Shown in pieces: positions 38,988 through 48,255 of a stretch of 64,000 nt of DNA. The notes beneath the pieces are model-generated. The model searched no databases, was not told the DNA's origin, and saw nothing but the letters and a program-made list of their open reading frames with translations. The DNA comes from Planctomycetota bacterium. Its GTDB lineage: Bacteria > Planctomycetota > PLA2 > JAEUHO01. Location of the stretch: the NCBI GenBank assembly GCA_050248855.1, contig JBFWRP010000022.1:1-64000 (forward strand), in the 5' to 3' direction. Position numbers and translations under genes: made by a program. Each line of letters begins with the position of its first letter. The first letter of the stretch is position 1.

Positions 38988-40961
38988 GTGACGCACATCC
39001 TGCAGCGACCCCGACGACCTGGTGTGGTCATGGCGCTCCCCGTCGTCATCGTGGCTCACTACGTGGCGCACGTCGTGCATGTGCCGTGGGTCGCGCCAGC
39101 GACCCTCCTCTTCGGGCTGGCGTACTTCCTCTGGCCTCGGAGGCCCACGCTTCCGCCGTCAGACCTGGCGCAGCGTCCCCCAGGGCGCTGGACACTGATC
39201 GACGCTCTCCTCGCCGCGACCCTCGTGGCGCCGCTGGCCGTCAGCTGTGTTGTACAGACCGTGCTGGTGGCCGCGAGCGACGAGTCCGTGCGCTTCGCGT
39301 TCGTTGACGCACCGTACGACCTGATGATGGCGCGCGGCCTGGGACACGCGATGCCGCCACCGGACTTGAGCTGGAACGGCCAAGCCATCACGTACCACTT
39401 CGGGGCGCCTTTGCTCCTGGACTTCCTGCATCGCGCCACGGGGCTCCCGCTCCATGCGGTCCAGGCTGGCGTACTCCCCGCTGTACTGAAGGCCTCCCTG
39501 CTCGCCGCGTGCGTGATGCTTGCCGCCAGGGCCCTGGCGGGCGGCGCGAGGCGTAGGGTGCTGCTCGGCTGCTTGGCGGGCCTGGGCCTCCTGCCCATCG
39601 ACGTCTACAACGCGGCCTGGCAGGCAAGAGCCCTGGCCCTCACCGGGCCGTCAAGTCTCCTGGGCGGGGCGATGTCGCCCATGGCCCTCTGGTCGGACAT
39701 GCCCCTCTTGGTCAACTACCAAGGGAGCACCCTGCTCGGCATCACGTGCTTGCTCGTGCTCGTCGCCCATCTCGGGCGCACTCGGTGGCCGTGGATGGCC
39801 GTGTGCTTGGTTGCGGTGTACCTCGCCAAGCAGCAGCTCGCCCTCGCGGCGTTTCCCGCCATGGGTGTCACCTGCATCCTCACGCGCGATGGCCACATCC
39901 GACGCCAGCTCATCGCGGCATGCGCCACCGCCGCGCTTGCCGTACTCGTCTTCCGCGCGCTCGCCGTGACCCCGGAGCATGCCGCTGGACTCCACTTGGA
40001 CCTTGCCGCCAACGACTACTTCGTGCGTCTGGGTCGTGGCACCGACCCGCTGCATGCGCGTCTTGTGGAGAACCTGCCGCTCGGTCTGATGGTCGTGGGC
40101 CTGGGCGCGGTGCTGGGCCTGCACATCTACCTCGTCGCAGCGGTCCGATTCCTGCGCCAGCGCTGGGGCGGCCTCGGCGCGTCCGGAAGGGCCGTGGTGT
40201 TCTTCGTGGCGACCGGTATGGCAGCTTCCATTGCCATCATGTGCGCCTTCCGGCTTCGCATGAGTCCACGTGTCAACGCCGCGTACGACGCCGTGCACGG
40301 CCAGCTGGGTGGCGCGTTCTGGAAGTCGGGACCCGAGTACCGCGAAGACCTGATGAACGTCAGCCTGGCCGCCGTACTGCAAGGCTGGCCTCTCGCCGCC
40401 GCCGTTCTGCTCGGGGCTTGCCTCGTCTGGTACGCGGGTGCCGGGAAGGGGCGCGCGCGAACCATCGCGACGGCCCTGCTGGTGCTGTCCCCACTCGTGT
40501 ACGCAGGGCGCGCCACGCTGGCATGGAGGCAAGACCCGCCGGCAACGTGGATGGAGGTCCCGGCGGATGTCGTGGCCGCGCTCCGGATCGTTCCGCCAGA
40601 GCTCGACCAGGTAGTCGACACGAACGACCTCGGCTACGGCGAAGGGCGGGGCTTCCCGCTGGTCAACAACTGGGCACCCCAGTTGTTCGGCCACCAGTTC
40701 CATGCCTCGAACTTCACCTTCGGCACACCCGCCTATCCGGACTATCTGGTCCGCTGGAATGCGCAGCAGAGGTTCTGGTCGGAAGAGGTTGGTGCATGGC
40801 ATGAGGAGCACGTCGTCCGCCAGGGCATCCGCTGGCTATTGGTCCGCCGCGACAGACCCTTCGCTCCTGGGCTTCTCGAGGTCGACTGGCTGAAGGCGCG
40901 CTACAGCGGATCCACGCACCTCTTGCTGGAGTGCGTCGTGCCTACGCGAGAGTCTCGGTAG
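38988..40961 (+). CDS. Polytopic membrane protein, possibly GT-C-type transferase or polymerase
   Basis: More than 10 hydrophobic segments, early loop with PP..G..ITYH, and a soluble C-terminal domain. Start 38988 or 39030. Confidence 0.55.
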   Translation: MTHILQRPRRPGVVMALPVVIVAHYVAHVVHVPWVAPATLLFGLAYFLWPRRPTLPPSDLAQRPPGRWTLIDALLAATLVAPLAVSCVVQTVLVAASDESVRFAFVDAPYDLMMARGLGHAMPPPDLSWNGQAITYHFGAPLLLDFLHRATGLPLHAVQAGVLPAVLKASLLAACVMLAARALAGGARRRVLLGCLAGLGLLPIDVYNAAWQARALALTGPSSLLGGAMSPMALWSDMPLLVNYQGSTLLGITCLLVLVAHLGRTRWPWMAVCLVAVYLAKQQLALAAFPAMGVTCILTRDGHIRRQLIAACATAALAVLVFRALAVTPEHAAGLHLDLAANDYFVRLGRGTDPLHARLVENLPLGLMVVGLGAVLGLHIYLVAAVRFLRQRWGGLGASGRAVVFFVATGMAASIAIMCAFRLRMSPRVNAAYDAVHGQLGGAFWKSGPEYREDLMNVSLAAVLQGWPLAAAVLLGACLVWYAGAGKGRARTIATALLVLSPLVYAGRATLAWRQDPPATWMEVPADVVAALRIVPPELDQVVDTNDLGYGEGRGFPLVNNWAPQLFGHQFHASNFTFGTPAYPDYLVRWNAQQRFWSEEVGAWHEEHVVRQGIRWLLVRRDRPFAPGLLEVDWLKARYSGSTHLLLECVVPTRESR

Positions 40962-41193
40962 TCACGGGCAAACGACCTCCACGGTCCGCGCGGCGCGGCA
41001 CGCTGGGGAAGACCCTTCCACCTGCCTGCCATGCGACCCCCGATGCTTCACGTCCCATGCCGCGGCGTCGTGAAGCGGCGACATGGGCAAGGGGTGTGCA
41101 AGGGAGGGTGTCTGGACTCCGGGCTCGGAGAGCGCGGCGACTTTTCCATGGGAGGGGGTGCCGCAGGCATCGAGACGCGGGCGAAGCCCGTAC

Positions 41194-41283
41194 GGACGCG
41201 GGGAACTCTTCCGCAACTTGCCGATGGGCACTTCCGCATGCCAAGGAGCAAGGCGGCAAGTTGCGGAAGAAATCCCCGCCTCC
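41194..41283. repeat. Imperfect 30-bp inverted repeat between convergent genes
   Basis: ggacgcggggaactcttccgcaacttgccg (41194-41223) versus the reverse complement of 41254-41283: inner 17 bp perfect, 27/30 overall. Possible bidirectional terminator or REP pair. Confidence 0.85.
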
Positions 41284-41360
41284 CATCGGCATGACGAACC
41301 GACACCGTGCCACCGTCGCTTCGCTCCGGGGCACGGGTTCAGACGCCTCCGCGCGCCTCG

Positions 41361-43085
41361 CTAGCGGGGCAGCATCGCAGCCAATGCGGTGACGGCTTCG
41401 TCGATCTCGGCGAGAGCGCGCTCGGCCGCGTCGCGGCCGCCGCCGTAGGGGTCGGCAATCTCGGGCCGGCCCCCCGGACGGAACAAGCCCAGGAAGTGCG
41501 TGCGTGCCCACACCTCGCGCGAGGCCTGCCGGATCCGCCGCGCTTGGTCGCGGTCCATCACGAGCACGAGATCGGCCGCCTCCAGGTCCTCGTAGCGCAC
41601 GACCTTCGAGCGGTGGTCGGCCAGGTCCAACCCGCGCTTCGCCGCGGCCTCGATGATCTCCCGAGGCGAGCTTCGCCCCTCCCGCTCGTGGAACCCGGCA
41701 CCCTCCACCGTCAGTTCCGGGCGCAGCTCCTGCAGCCGGCGCGCCGCATGGGGGCTGCGGCAGATGTTGCCGTAGCAGAGCACCAGCACGCGGTTCACGG
41801 GCCGCAGCAGCCGGGGAGGCTTCGTCCACGTGCCTTCGTGGCGCCGCTCCATGCGCAAGGCCCACAGGCGACGTCCCGCCGCGTCGGCTAGCGATCGACC
41901 CACGCCTCCCAGCGCTTCCACGACCTGGTGACGAACGGGACGCGGGTCCTTGCACGACGCGTGATCCAGGTGTTGGCGCGGGCCGCAGAGGCCCACGAGC
42001 TCCACCACCGACCGCACGCGCGGACGCGTCATCAGCAACGGGTCCCCGTGGTCGGCACGTAGGTTGGCCTTCTGCCACTCGACTTCCTCGGGCAGGCTCC
42101 GCGTCCCGCAGGGGACGCGATAGGCCGGCGAGGGACCGACCTCACGACCCGTTGCGAGCAGCGCAAGCCCCAGCGGGAAGTCGACGCCCGCATCGATCGC
42201 CAGGGCCAGCGAGCCCCAGAGCCGCGGGTTGACCTCCATCAAGCAGAAGCTGCCGTCCGGTGCCCGCTTGAACTCCACCATCGCCACGCCGTGCCAAGCG
42301 AGCGGGTCCAGCAGCGCACGGGACGCCGCGAGCAGGTCCTCGGGCACGGCCAGGCTCGTGCGCCACGCACTGCCGCCCCCCGTGAGCGGTAGCTCGTGCT
42401 GGCGCTCGTGGGCGAAGACCCAACGGAGCTGCCCGCGCTCGTAGAGCACCTCGACCCCCACGCCAACGCCCGTCACGTAGGTCTGCTCCTGGACCTCCAC
42501 CAGCCCTGCGAAGTCGGCGAGGGCCTCGCGCCATGCCGCCTCGTCGCGCACGATCACGGGCGCCAACGCCCGGACCTTCCCCCCGACGACGACCTTGCTG
42601 CGCGTGGGCTTGAGCACGACGGGCCACGCAGCGGGCAGCTCGGATGCGCCCGCGGTGACGCTGCGCGTCGCCGGCACCGGAACGCCGACGCGCTCCGCCT
42701 GCAAGCGCGTGCGCTCCTTGTCGAGGAACGTGTCCAGCGCTTCGTCGCCGGGCAGCACGGCGCGTGCACGCGCCGGATGCTCCGCAGGCAGCGCGCGGAG
42801 CGCGAGCAGCGACGTCTCGGTCGCCGGCACCACGAGCGCCGGGATCCAGGCCGCGACCTGCGCTTCGAGGAATCGCGCCAGCTCCGGGCCTGAGGACGGC
42901 TGGAGCACCCGCTCCACCGCCCAGCGCGAGCGGAAGGCCGGCGCGTCCCGTGCCGCCGCCGCCACGCGGACGCGCGCGCCTCGACGTCCCAAGCTCTGCA
43001 CCGTCTCGAGGGCCGCCCGGCTGTGGCCATCGAGCACGAGGACGCGCAGTCCTTCGAGGAACGTGCGCTCCCGCTGCCGCCGCAT
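41361..43085 (-). CDS. ATP-grasp ligase fused to C-terminal low-molecular-weight protein tyrosine phosphatase
   Basis: GGAGG SD before ATG at 43085. ATP-grasp motifs DK, PVVLKP, WHGVAMVEFK, LMEVNPRLWGS; LMW-PTP P-loop VLCYGNICRSP and IADPYG. Confidence 0.88.
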   Translation of the reverse strand: MRRQRERTFLEGLRVLVLDGHSRAALETVQSLGRRGARVRVAAAARDAPAFRSRWAVERVLQPSSGPELARFLEAQVAAWIPALVVPATETSLLALRALPAEHPARARAVLPGDEALDTFLDKERTRLQAERVGVPVPATRSVTAGASELPAAWPVVLKPTRSKVVVGGKVRALAPVIVRDEAAWREALADFAGLVEVQEQTYVTGVGVGVEVLYERGQLRWVFAHERQHELPLTGGGSAWRTSLAVPEDLLAASRALLDPLAWHGVAMVEFKRAPDGSFCLMEVNPRLWGSLALAIDAGVDFPLGLALLATGREVGPSPAYRVPCGTRSLPEEVEWQKANLRADHGDPLLMTRPRVRSVVELVGLCGPRQHLDHASCKDPRPVRHQVVEALGGVGRSLADAAGRRLWALRMERRHEGTWTKPPRLLRPVNRVLVLCYGNICRSPHAARRLQELRPELTVEGAGFHEREGRSSPREIIEAAAKRGLDLADHRSKVVRYEDLEAADLVLVMDRDQARRIRQASREVWARTHFLGLFRPGGRPEIADPYGGGRDAAERALAEIDEAVTALAAMLPR

Positions 43086-43309
43086 CGGCACCTCCGACAT
43101 GCATGAAGTAGCACGAAGGCGCCGCGGTGCGCATCGTGGCACCGCCGGGTGCACCGGGAGTCCGCGCCAAGGGCTCCTGGAGTCGTCGCGCGCCCGGCCC
43201 AGCCGTCCAGCCCGCACGCGGCAGGACCGCCGGTGCGCTCCCAGGCAGCGCGGCGATCCACCACGGCACCTGTAGACTCCACGGCGCCATCCCGGTCGCA
43301 AGGACACGC

Positions 43310-44239
43310 ATGCGCGGCACCCGTTCACTCGCTCTCATCGGCTTGGCGCTGCGCCCCGTGCTTCCCGGGCCCTGGCGTCGTCGCGTCGCGAGCTGGGCCG
43401 TCCGGCGCGTTCCGGAGCTCTCGCCGCTTGCGTTCCCCCAGCCGTCCGACGACCCCGTCCAATCGGCCGCACGGCGCGATCGCGGGGCCATCCACCTGCT
43501 CCGATCCCTGCAGCACCCCACCTCGCGAAGCCCGGGGCCCAGCGAGGAGCTGCTGGGCTTCGTCCTGGGCGAGCTGACCCGCGGACGCCAGCGTCCGGGT
43601 AGCCAGCTCCTCCAGGACCTCTGGGTGCTCTACGAGCTCCGGGGCAAGGAGCGCGGCTTCTTCGTGGAGTTCGGCGCGTGTGATGGCGTTGCCCTCAGCA
43701 ACACGCTCTACCTGGAACGGGAGTACGGCTGGACGGGACTGCTGGCCGAGCCCAACCCGCGGTATCACGAGGCCATGAAGGCCAACCGGCGCGCTCGCTT
43801 CGAGTCGCGATGCGTTTGGGACGAGTCCGGCCAGACCGTCAAGCTGGTGGACTGCGGCGAGCTCAGTACCGTCGAGGGATGCGGGACGGCGGACGGCCAT
43901 GCCCAGGCTCGCGAGTCCGCGGCCCGCATCGAGCAGATCGAAACCGTCGGGATCAACGACATGTTGCGTCACCACGGCGTGCCGCCGGCCTTCGACTTCC
44001 TCAGCATCGACACCGAAGGCAGCGAACCCCGGATCTTGGCAGCGCTTGACTTCGACACCTATCGCCCGACGTGCATCGCGGTCGAGCACAACCACACCGG
44101 CACGGAGAAGGAGATCGACGCAATCCTCACACGGGCGGGCTACCGGCGCGTGTTCGCCTCCGTCTCCCAGTGGGATGCCTGGTACGTGCGTCCACCCGGG
44201 CGATCGTGCGAGTCGACGTCGAGCGGGCCGAGCACGTGA
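43310..44239 (+). CDS. FkbM-family methyltransferase
   Basis: SQ..QD, FFVEFGACDG..SNT, GWTGLLAEPNP, FLSIDTEGSE. Confidence 0.88.
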   Translation: MRGTRSLALIGLALRPVLPGPWRRRVASWAVRRVPELSPLAFPQPSDDPVQSAARRDRGAIHLLRSLQHPTSRSPGPSEELLGFVLGELTRGRQRPGSQLLQDLWVLYELRGKERGFFVEFGACDGVALSNTLYLEREYGWTGLLAEPNPRYHEAMKANRRARFESRCVWDESGQTVKLVDCGELSTVEGCGTADGHAQARESAARIEQIETVGINDMLRHHGVPPAFDFLSIDTEGSEPRILAALDFDTYRPTCIAVEHNHTGTEKEIDAILTRAGYRRVFASVSQWDAWYVRPPGRSCESTSSGPST

Positions 44240-44345
44240 TGCCCGTGCGAGCCGGGACCGGGAACCGCATCCAATGCCAGGCCCTCCCCGCGGTCTGCCT
44301 TCGTCACCGCAGCGGGATGAAGCGGCCGCGAGGCCTTGCACGGCC

Positions 44346-45269
44346 ATGAGGCCCCCCAAGCGACCCGATCTGTTCGTCGGGATGACGACGTGGCAGAGCG
44401 AGCTCATGCTGCCCACCGCCCTCTCGGCGCTCCGCCGGCACACGGACGGCGCCACCACGCGCCTGGTCGTGATCGACAACATGTCGACCGATGCTTCCTG
44501 CACCATTGCCCGTGACCATGGCGCCGAGGTGATCCGCATGCGCTGCGGTCAGGCGGAAGCGCTGGAGCGGCTCGTCAACCTGAGCCGTGGGAAGTACACG
44601 CTTCTCCTGCATGCCGACGTCGTGCTGCTGGCCCCTGACTGGCTGGAGACCTGCACGGCCAAGCTGGCCGACGGAACCGTCCTCGTCTCGCCCCAGGACA
44701 TCGGCTGCGGACCCTGGACACGGCCCTACGGACGAGGCAAACCCGAGAGCTCCTTCATGCTGTGGGACACCGCGGCCATGAGGCGACTCCGCCGCTGGAG
44801 CCGGACACGTTGGCACCGACTGCCTGCTCCCACCCTGCGCCTGCGCTTCGACGGTGCGCACATCACGCATCACCTGCCCGGCGTGCTCCAGGAGGCTGGC
44901 CTCTCGTGGGCTCCCATGGAGGTTCTCTGCTCCGAACCGCTGCAGCAACCGTGGTTCGACCCCGGGAACCTTCCCTGCCTATGGAGTCCGTCCATGGGGA
45001 AGCTGCGCTACGGGCTCGGCAACTTCTACCGCCTCGACGGACGGGTCACCCACTACCACAACTGGTTCGACCGTATCGAACGGCATGGTGGGAAGAGTCG
45101 CGGGGGAACCACCACGGGCGATGGATCCGGCGTGCCGATCGACTACATCGCAGCCGCGACGCAGCGGTTCCTGGAGGACTGGCGGGCGGACCGCGTACAC
45201 CTCCCTCCTGCCGCGGCCCGCGAGCAAGCTCCCGCGGAGCTGACGGCCAACGTGTCGGCCGCCCCGTGA
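44346..45269 (+). CDS. Glycosyltransferase family 2 (divergent)
   Basis: VIDNMSTD, LLHAD (DxD-like). Confidence 0.7.
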   Translation: MRPPKRPDLFVGMTTWQSELMLPTALSALRRHTDGATTRLVVIDNMSTDASCTIARDHGAEVIRMRCGQAEALERLVNLSRGKYTLLLHADVVLLAPDWLETCTAKLADGTVLVSPQDIGCGPWTRPYGRGKPESSFMLWDTAAMRRLRRWSRTRWHRLPAPTLRLRFDGAHITHHLPGVLQEAGLSWAPMEVLCSEPLQQPWFDPGNLPCLWSPSMGKLRYGLGNFYRLDGRVTHYHNWFDRIERHGGKSRGGTTTGDGSGVPIDYIAAATQRFLEDWRADRVHLPPAAAREQAPAELTANVSAAP

Positions 45270-45418
45270 CGCACGCGGCCGGCGCCTACGAGCGGGCCGC
45301 GAGCAGCATCCAACCAAGGGCATGGGCCTCGGGCGCCGTCGTGGGAGGCGGGCGATGGCCTCCTACGGTGCCGAGCCTCGACGTCCCCCCGCTATGCTCC
45401 GGCGCGGAGGGTTGACGC

Positions 45419-46378
45419 ATGCCCGCACACCCGGTCAAGGACACCCGACGAGGACGCCGCGTCCTGATCACGGGCGGCGCCGGCTTCATCGGCAGCCACA
45501 TTGCCGCCGACCACGTGGCCGCCGGCGACGAGGTGACGATCCTCGACGATCTCTCCACGGGCCGGCGCGAGAACGTACCGGCCGGCGCCCGGCTCGTGGT
45601 CGCCGACCTGGGGGACCGGGACACCGTGCGGGCCCTCGTCGCCGAGGTCCGCCCGCAGGTCGCAAGCCACCAGGCCGCCCAGGCCAGCGTGTCGGTCAGC
45701 GTCCGCGAGCCGGTCCGCGACGCCGAGATCAACGTGATCGGCGGCCTCAACCTGCTCCAGGCCTGCGGCGACGTCGGCGGCGTCGAGGTGCTCCTGTTCG
45801 CCAGCACGGGCGGTGCCATCTACGGCGAGGTCCCCGAGGGCAAGCTCGCCCGCGTCGGCGACGAGCGCCACCCCGACAGCCCCTACGCCGTGCACAAGGC
45901 CGCCTTCGAGGACCTGCTACGCATCCTGGGGCCCGATGCCGTCGCTCGCGTGGTGATCCTGCGCTACGCCAACGTCTACGGTCCACGCCAGCGCGGGGAC
46001 GGCGAGGCCGGGGTCGTGGCGATCTTCCGGGACGCGCTGGTCGCCGGACGACCCCTGAAGCTGTTCGGCGGCGCGGCACCAGGGGATGGCGGCTGCATCC
46101 GCGACTACCTGCACGTGGACGACGTGGTGCGGGCCCATGCCCAAGCGGTGGCCGAAGCCGACCATCCCCCGCTCGTGAACGTCTCCACGGGCGTGGGGAC
46201 CACGACGGCCGCCTTGCTCGAGCGCATCACCACGTGCCTGGGCATCGAGACGACCGTGGAGCACGCCCCGCCACGCGCGGGCGACTTGGAGCGCAGCGTG
46301 CTGGCGCCCGGGCCCGGCTTCGCGCCCCGCATCGCTCTCGCCGACGGGCTCGCACGGACGCTCGCCGCGGGCCCCTAG
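45419..46378 (+). CDS. NAD-dependent epimerase/dehydratase (UDP-glucose 4-epimerase-like)
   Basis: ITGGAGFIGSH, HQAAQASV, STGGAIYG, YAVHK, RYANVYGPRQ, RDYLHVDD; GGAGG SD. Confidence 0.9.
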   Translation: MPAHPVKDTRRGRRVLITGGAGFIGSHIAADHVAAGDEVTILDDLSTGRRENVPAGARLVVADLGDRDTVRALVAEVRPQVASHQAAQASVSVSVREPVRDAEINVIGGLNLLQACGDVGGVEVLLFASTGGAIYGEVPEGKLARVGDERHPDSPYAVHKAAFEDLLRILGPDAVARVVILRYANVYGPRQRGDGEAGVVAIFRDALVAGRPLKLFGGAAPGDGGCIRDYLHVDDVVRAHAQAVAEADHPPLVNVSTGVGTTTAALLERITTCLGIETTVEHAPPRAGDLERSVLAPGPGFAPRIALADGLARTLAAGP

Positions 46379-46390
46379 CGCGGGGCGCCC

Positions 46391-47332
46391 TCAGGGCCGA
46401 TGCAGACGCCACGTCGTCTCGGCCAGCGAGTCCACCGCCCCGATCCGGGGCAGCCCCAGCGGGTCTTCACCGGGCTGGATCACCCCGGGCTCGGTCGTGA
46501 CGGCCAGCTCGTGGTGGCGGCCCACGACGGCCCGGACGCGGCTGTCCGCACTGCCGTTGGGGTAGCAGAAGTGAGGCACGGGCCGTTCGAGCAGCCGCTC
46601 CAGCTCCCGCCGCGCGCCCCCCACCTCGGCCTCGATCTCCCTGGGCTCGAGCAGGGGCAAGATGGGGTGCCGGCGCGTGTGGCTGCCGATGTCGATGCCG
46701 GCTTGGGCGAGCTTGCGCAGGTCGTCGAGGCTCATCATGTCGTGGGCCGCCCGCTCGTCGTCCGTGGGCTCGAAGGAGCGCGTGGCTCGCCTGAGCGCCT
46801 CCTCGCAGCGCTTTCGCCAGGGAAGCTCGGCGGCCTTGAGGCAGGCCACGGCCACCTCCACGTCGCGCCCGGCGCCCGCGGGGAAATCCACGGACGCCGC
46901 CCACCTCGTCCGGCCCGCCTCGTCCAGGCGCCCAAGCCGCGCCCGGGCCTCGTGGTTCCAGAGCCAACGCCCTTCCACGATCAGGTCCGGGCACACGAAG
47001 AACGTGGCCGGGACCTCCGCGGCCAACAGCGCGGGCGCGGCCAGCGTCGCGTTGTTCAAGAGCCCGTCGTCGAAGGTGAGCGCGACCTCCCGACCGGTGA
47101 TGCGGTCGGGCTCGGCCAAGCGCCGCCCCACCTCGGCCAGCGACACCGGCTCGGCGTGGCGCGTGACGAACGTCAACAGATCGCGCAACGATGCGACGGG
47201 CAGTCCCCCGGTCCCGACGCCGTGCAGCATCAGCACGCGCATTGCGCGCGTACGAAACGCCTGCCGGCGCGACCATCCCGTGAGGCGGGCCAGGCCGTGG
47301 ACGAGCGCCGAAAGCGGCGATCGCGCGCTCAC
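46391..47332 (-). CDS. Polysaccharide deacetylase (CE4/NodB-like)
   Basis: LMLHGV, LTFDDG, ATFF, GSHTRRHP, FCYPNG, LPRI. GTGA overlap with the hydroxylase stop. Confidence 0.9.
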   Translation of the reverse strand: MSARSPLSALVHGLARLTGWSRRQAFRTRAMRVLMLHGVGTGGLPVASLRDLLTFVTRHAEPVSLAEVGRRLAEPDRITGREVALTFDDGLLNNATLAAPALLAAEVPATFFVCPDLIVEGRWLWNHEARARLGRLDEAGRTRWAASVDFPAGAGRDVEVAVACLKAAELPWRKRCEEALRRATRSFEPTDDERAAHDMMSLDDLRKLAQAGIDIGSHTRRHPILPLLEPREIEAEVGGARRELERLLERPVPHFCYPNGSADSRVRAVVGRHHELAVTTEPGVIQPGEDPLGLPRIGAVDSLAETTWRLHRP

Positions 47333-48177
47333 GCGCCCGCGTCGGCCTTGGCCTTGCGGCGGCGCTGACGCACCTCCTCGGGCACGGTGCCGAACACGTA
47401 GTCCCACAGCGGGCTGCTGACGCCGTACATGGCTTCCCACGCCTTGTGGTGATGGGCCAGGTGCCACGTCTTCAGGAACTTGCCCCACCGCGACTTGGGC
47501 CGCCCGTGGTGGGTGTAGTAGTGCGTCATGTCGTAGGTGATGTAGCCCATCACGAAGCCCACGAAGCCGGCCACGACACTGGCCACGGGCAGCACGAGGC
47601 TCCACAGCCCAAAGATCGCCCCCATGATCAGGATGCCGCCCACGGGGGGGAACACGAGGCGCGTGCGGTCCCACGGGTCCAGGTGATGCACCCCGTGCAG
47701 GACGAAGTGGAGCTTTCGGCCCCAGCCGCTCTTGGGGATCAGGTGGAACACGAAGCGGTGTAGCAGGTACTCCGTGAGCGTCCACACGACGACACCGCCC
47801 AGCACGTGCAGCGCGAACGCGAGCCCGCCCATGCCCAACGGCCCCAGCGCCAGCCACGCCAGCCCCAAGGTGATCGGCACCCACACCACCAGGATCAGCC
47901 ACCAGGGGATGTGGCTCATGTGCTCGAGCCAAGCGGTCTGGAACATCCGAAGGCTCGCCGGCCAGCGATGCGCGAAGCCGACGTCCTTCGGGCTGCCGCC
48001 CACGTGCGGGCTCACCTGCGCGGCGCGCTGGGGGCTGATCGGGTGATGGACCCAGGCGTCGTAGGCCTCGCCCAGGGGCCCCATCTGGGGCACGAGGGGC
48101 AGACGCAGGTCCACGCCGTCCTTCCAGTCGACGGCGGCGTGGGCCGAGGCGGGCGCTTCGGGGGACGTCGTGCTCAT
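47329..48177 (-). CDS. Fatty acid hydroxylase (FA2H/Scs7/FAH-like, sterol desaturase superfamily)
   Basis: His boxes EYLLHRFVFH, LHGVHH, YDMTHYYTHH, HLAHHH; RLVFPP; YGVSSPLWDYVFGT. Confidence 0.9.
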   Translation of the reverse strand: MSTTSPEAPASAHAAVDWKDGVDLRLPLVPQMGPLGEAYDAWVHHPISPQRAAQVSPHVGGSPKDVGFAHRWPASLRMFQTAWLEHMSHIPWWLILVVWVPITLGLAWLALGPLGMGGLAFALHVLGGVVVWTLTEYLLHRFVFHLIPKSGWGRKLHFVLHGVHHLDPWDRTRLVFPPVGGILIMGAIFGLWSLVLPVASVVAGFVGFVMGYITYDMTHYYTHHGRPKSRWGKFLKTWHLAHHHKAWEAMYGVSSPLWDYVFGTVPEEVRQRRRKAKADAGA

Positions 48178-48255
48178 CGCGTGCGGGGCCAAGTCTACGC
48201 CCCGGGCCCCGACCCGGACCCTGGGGCCGGGAGGCCCGCGGGCTATCGTCGGGGG

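Noticed and set aside
41361..41800. LMW-PTP domain as the YwlE arginine phosphatase partnering McsB
   Set aside because: The P-loop is CYGNICRS with Ile, typical of Tyr-specific enzymes, not the Thr of YwlE. Disfavoured, though not experimentally excluded.
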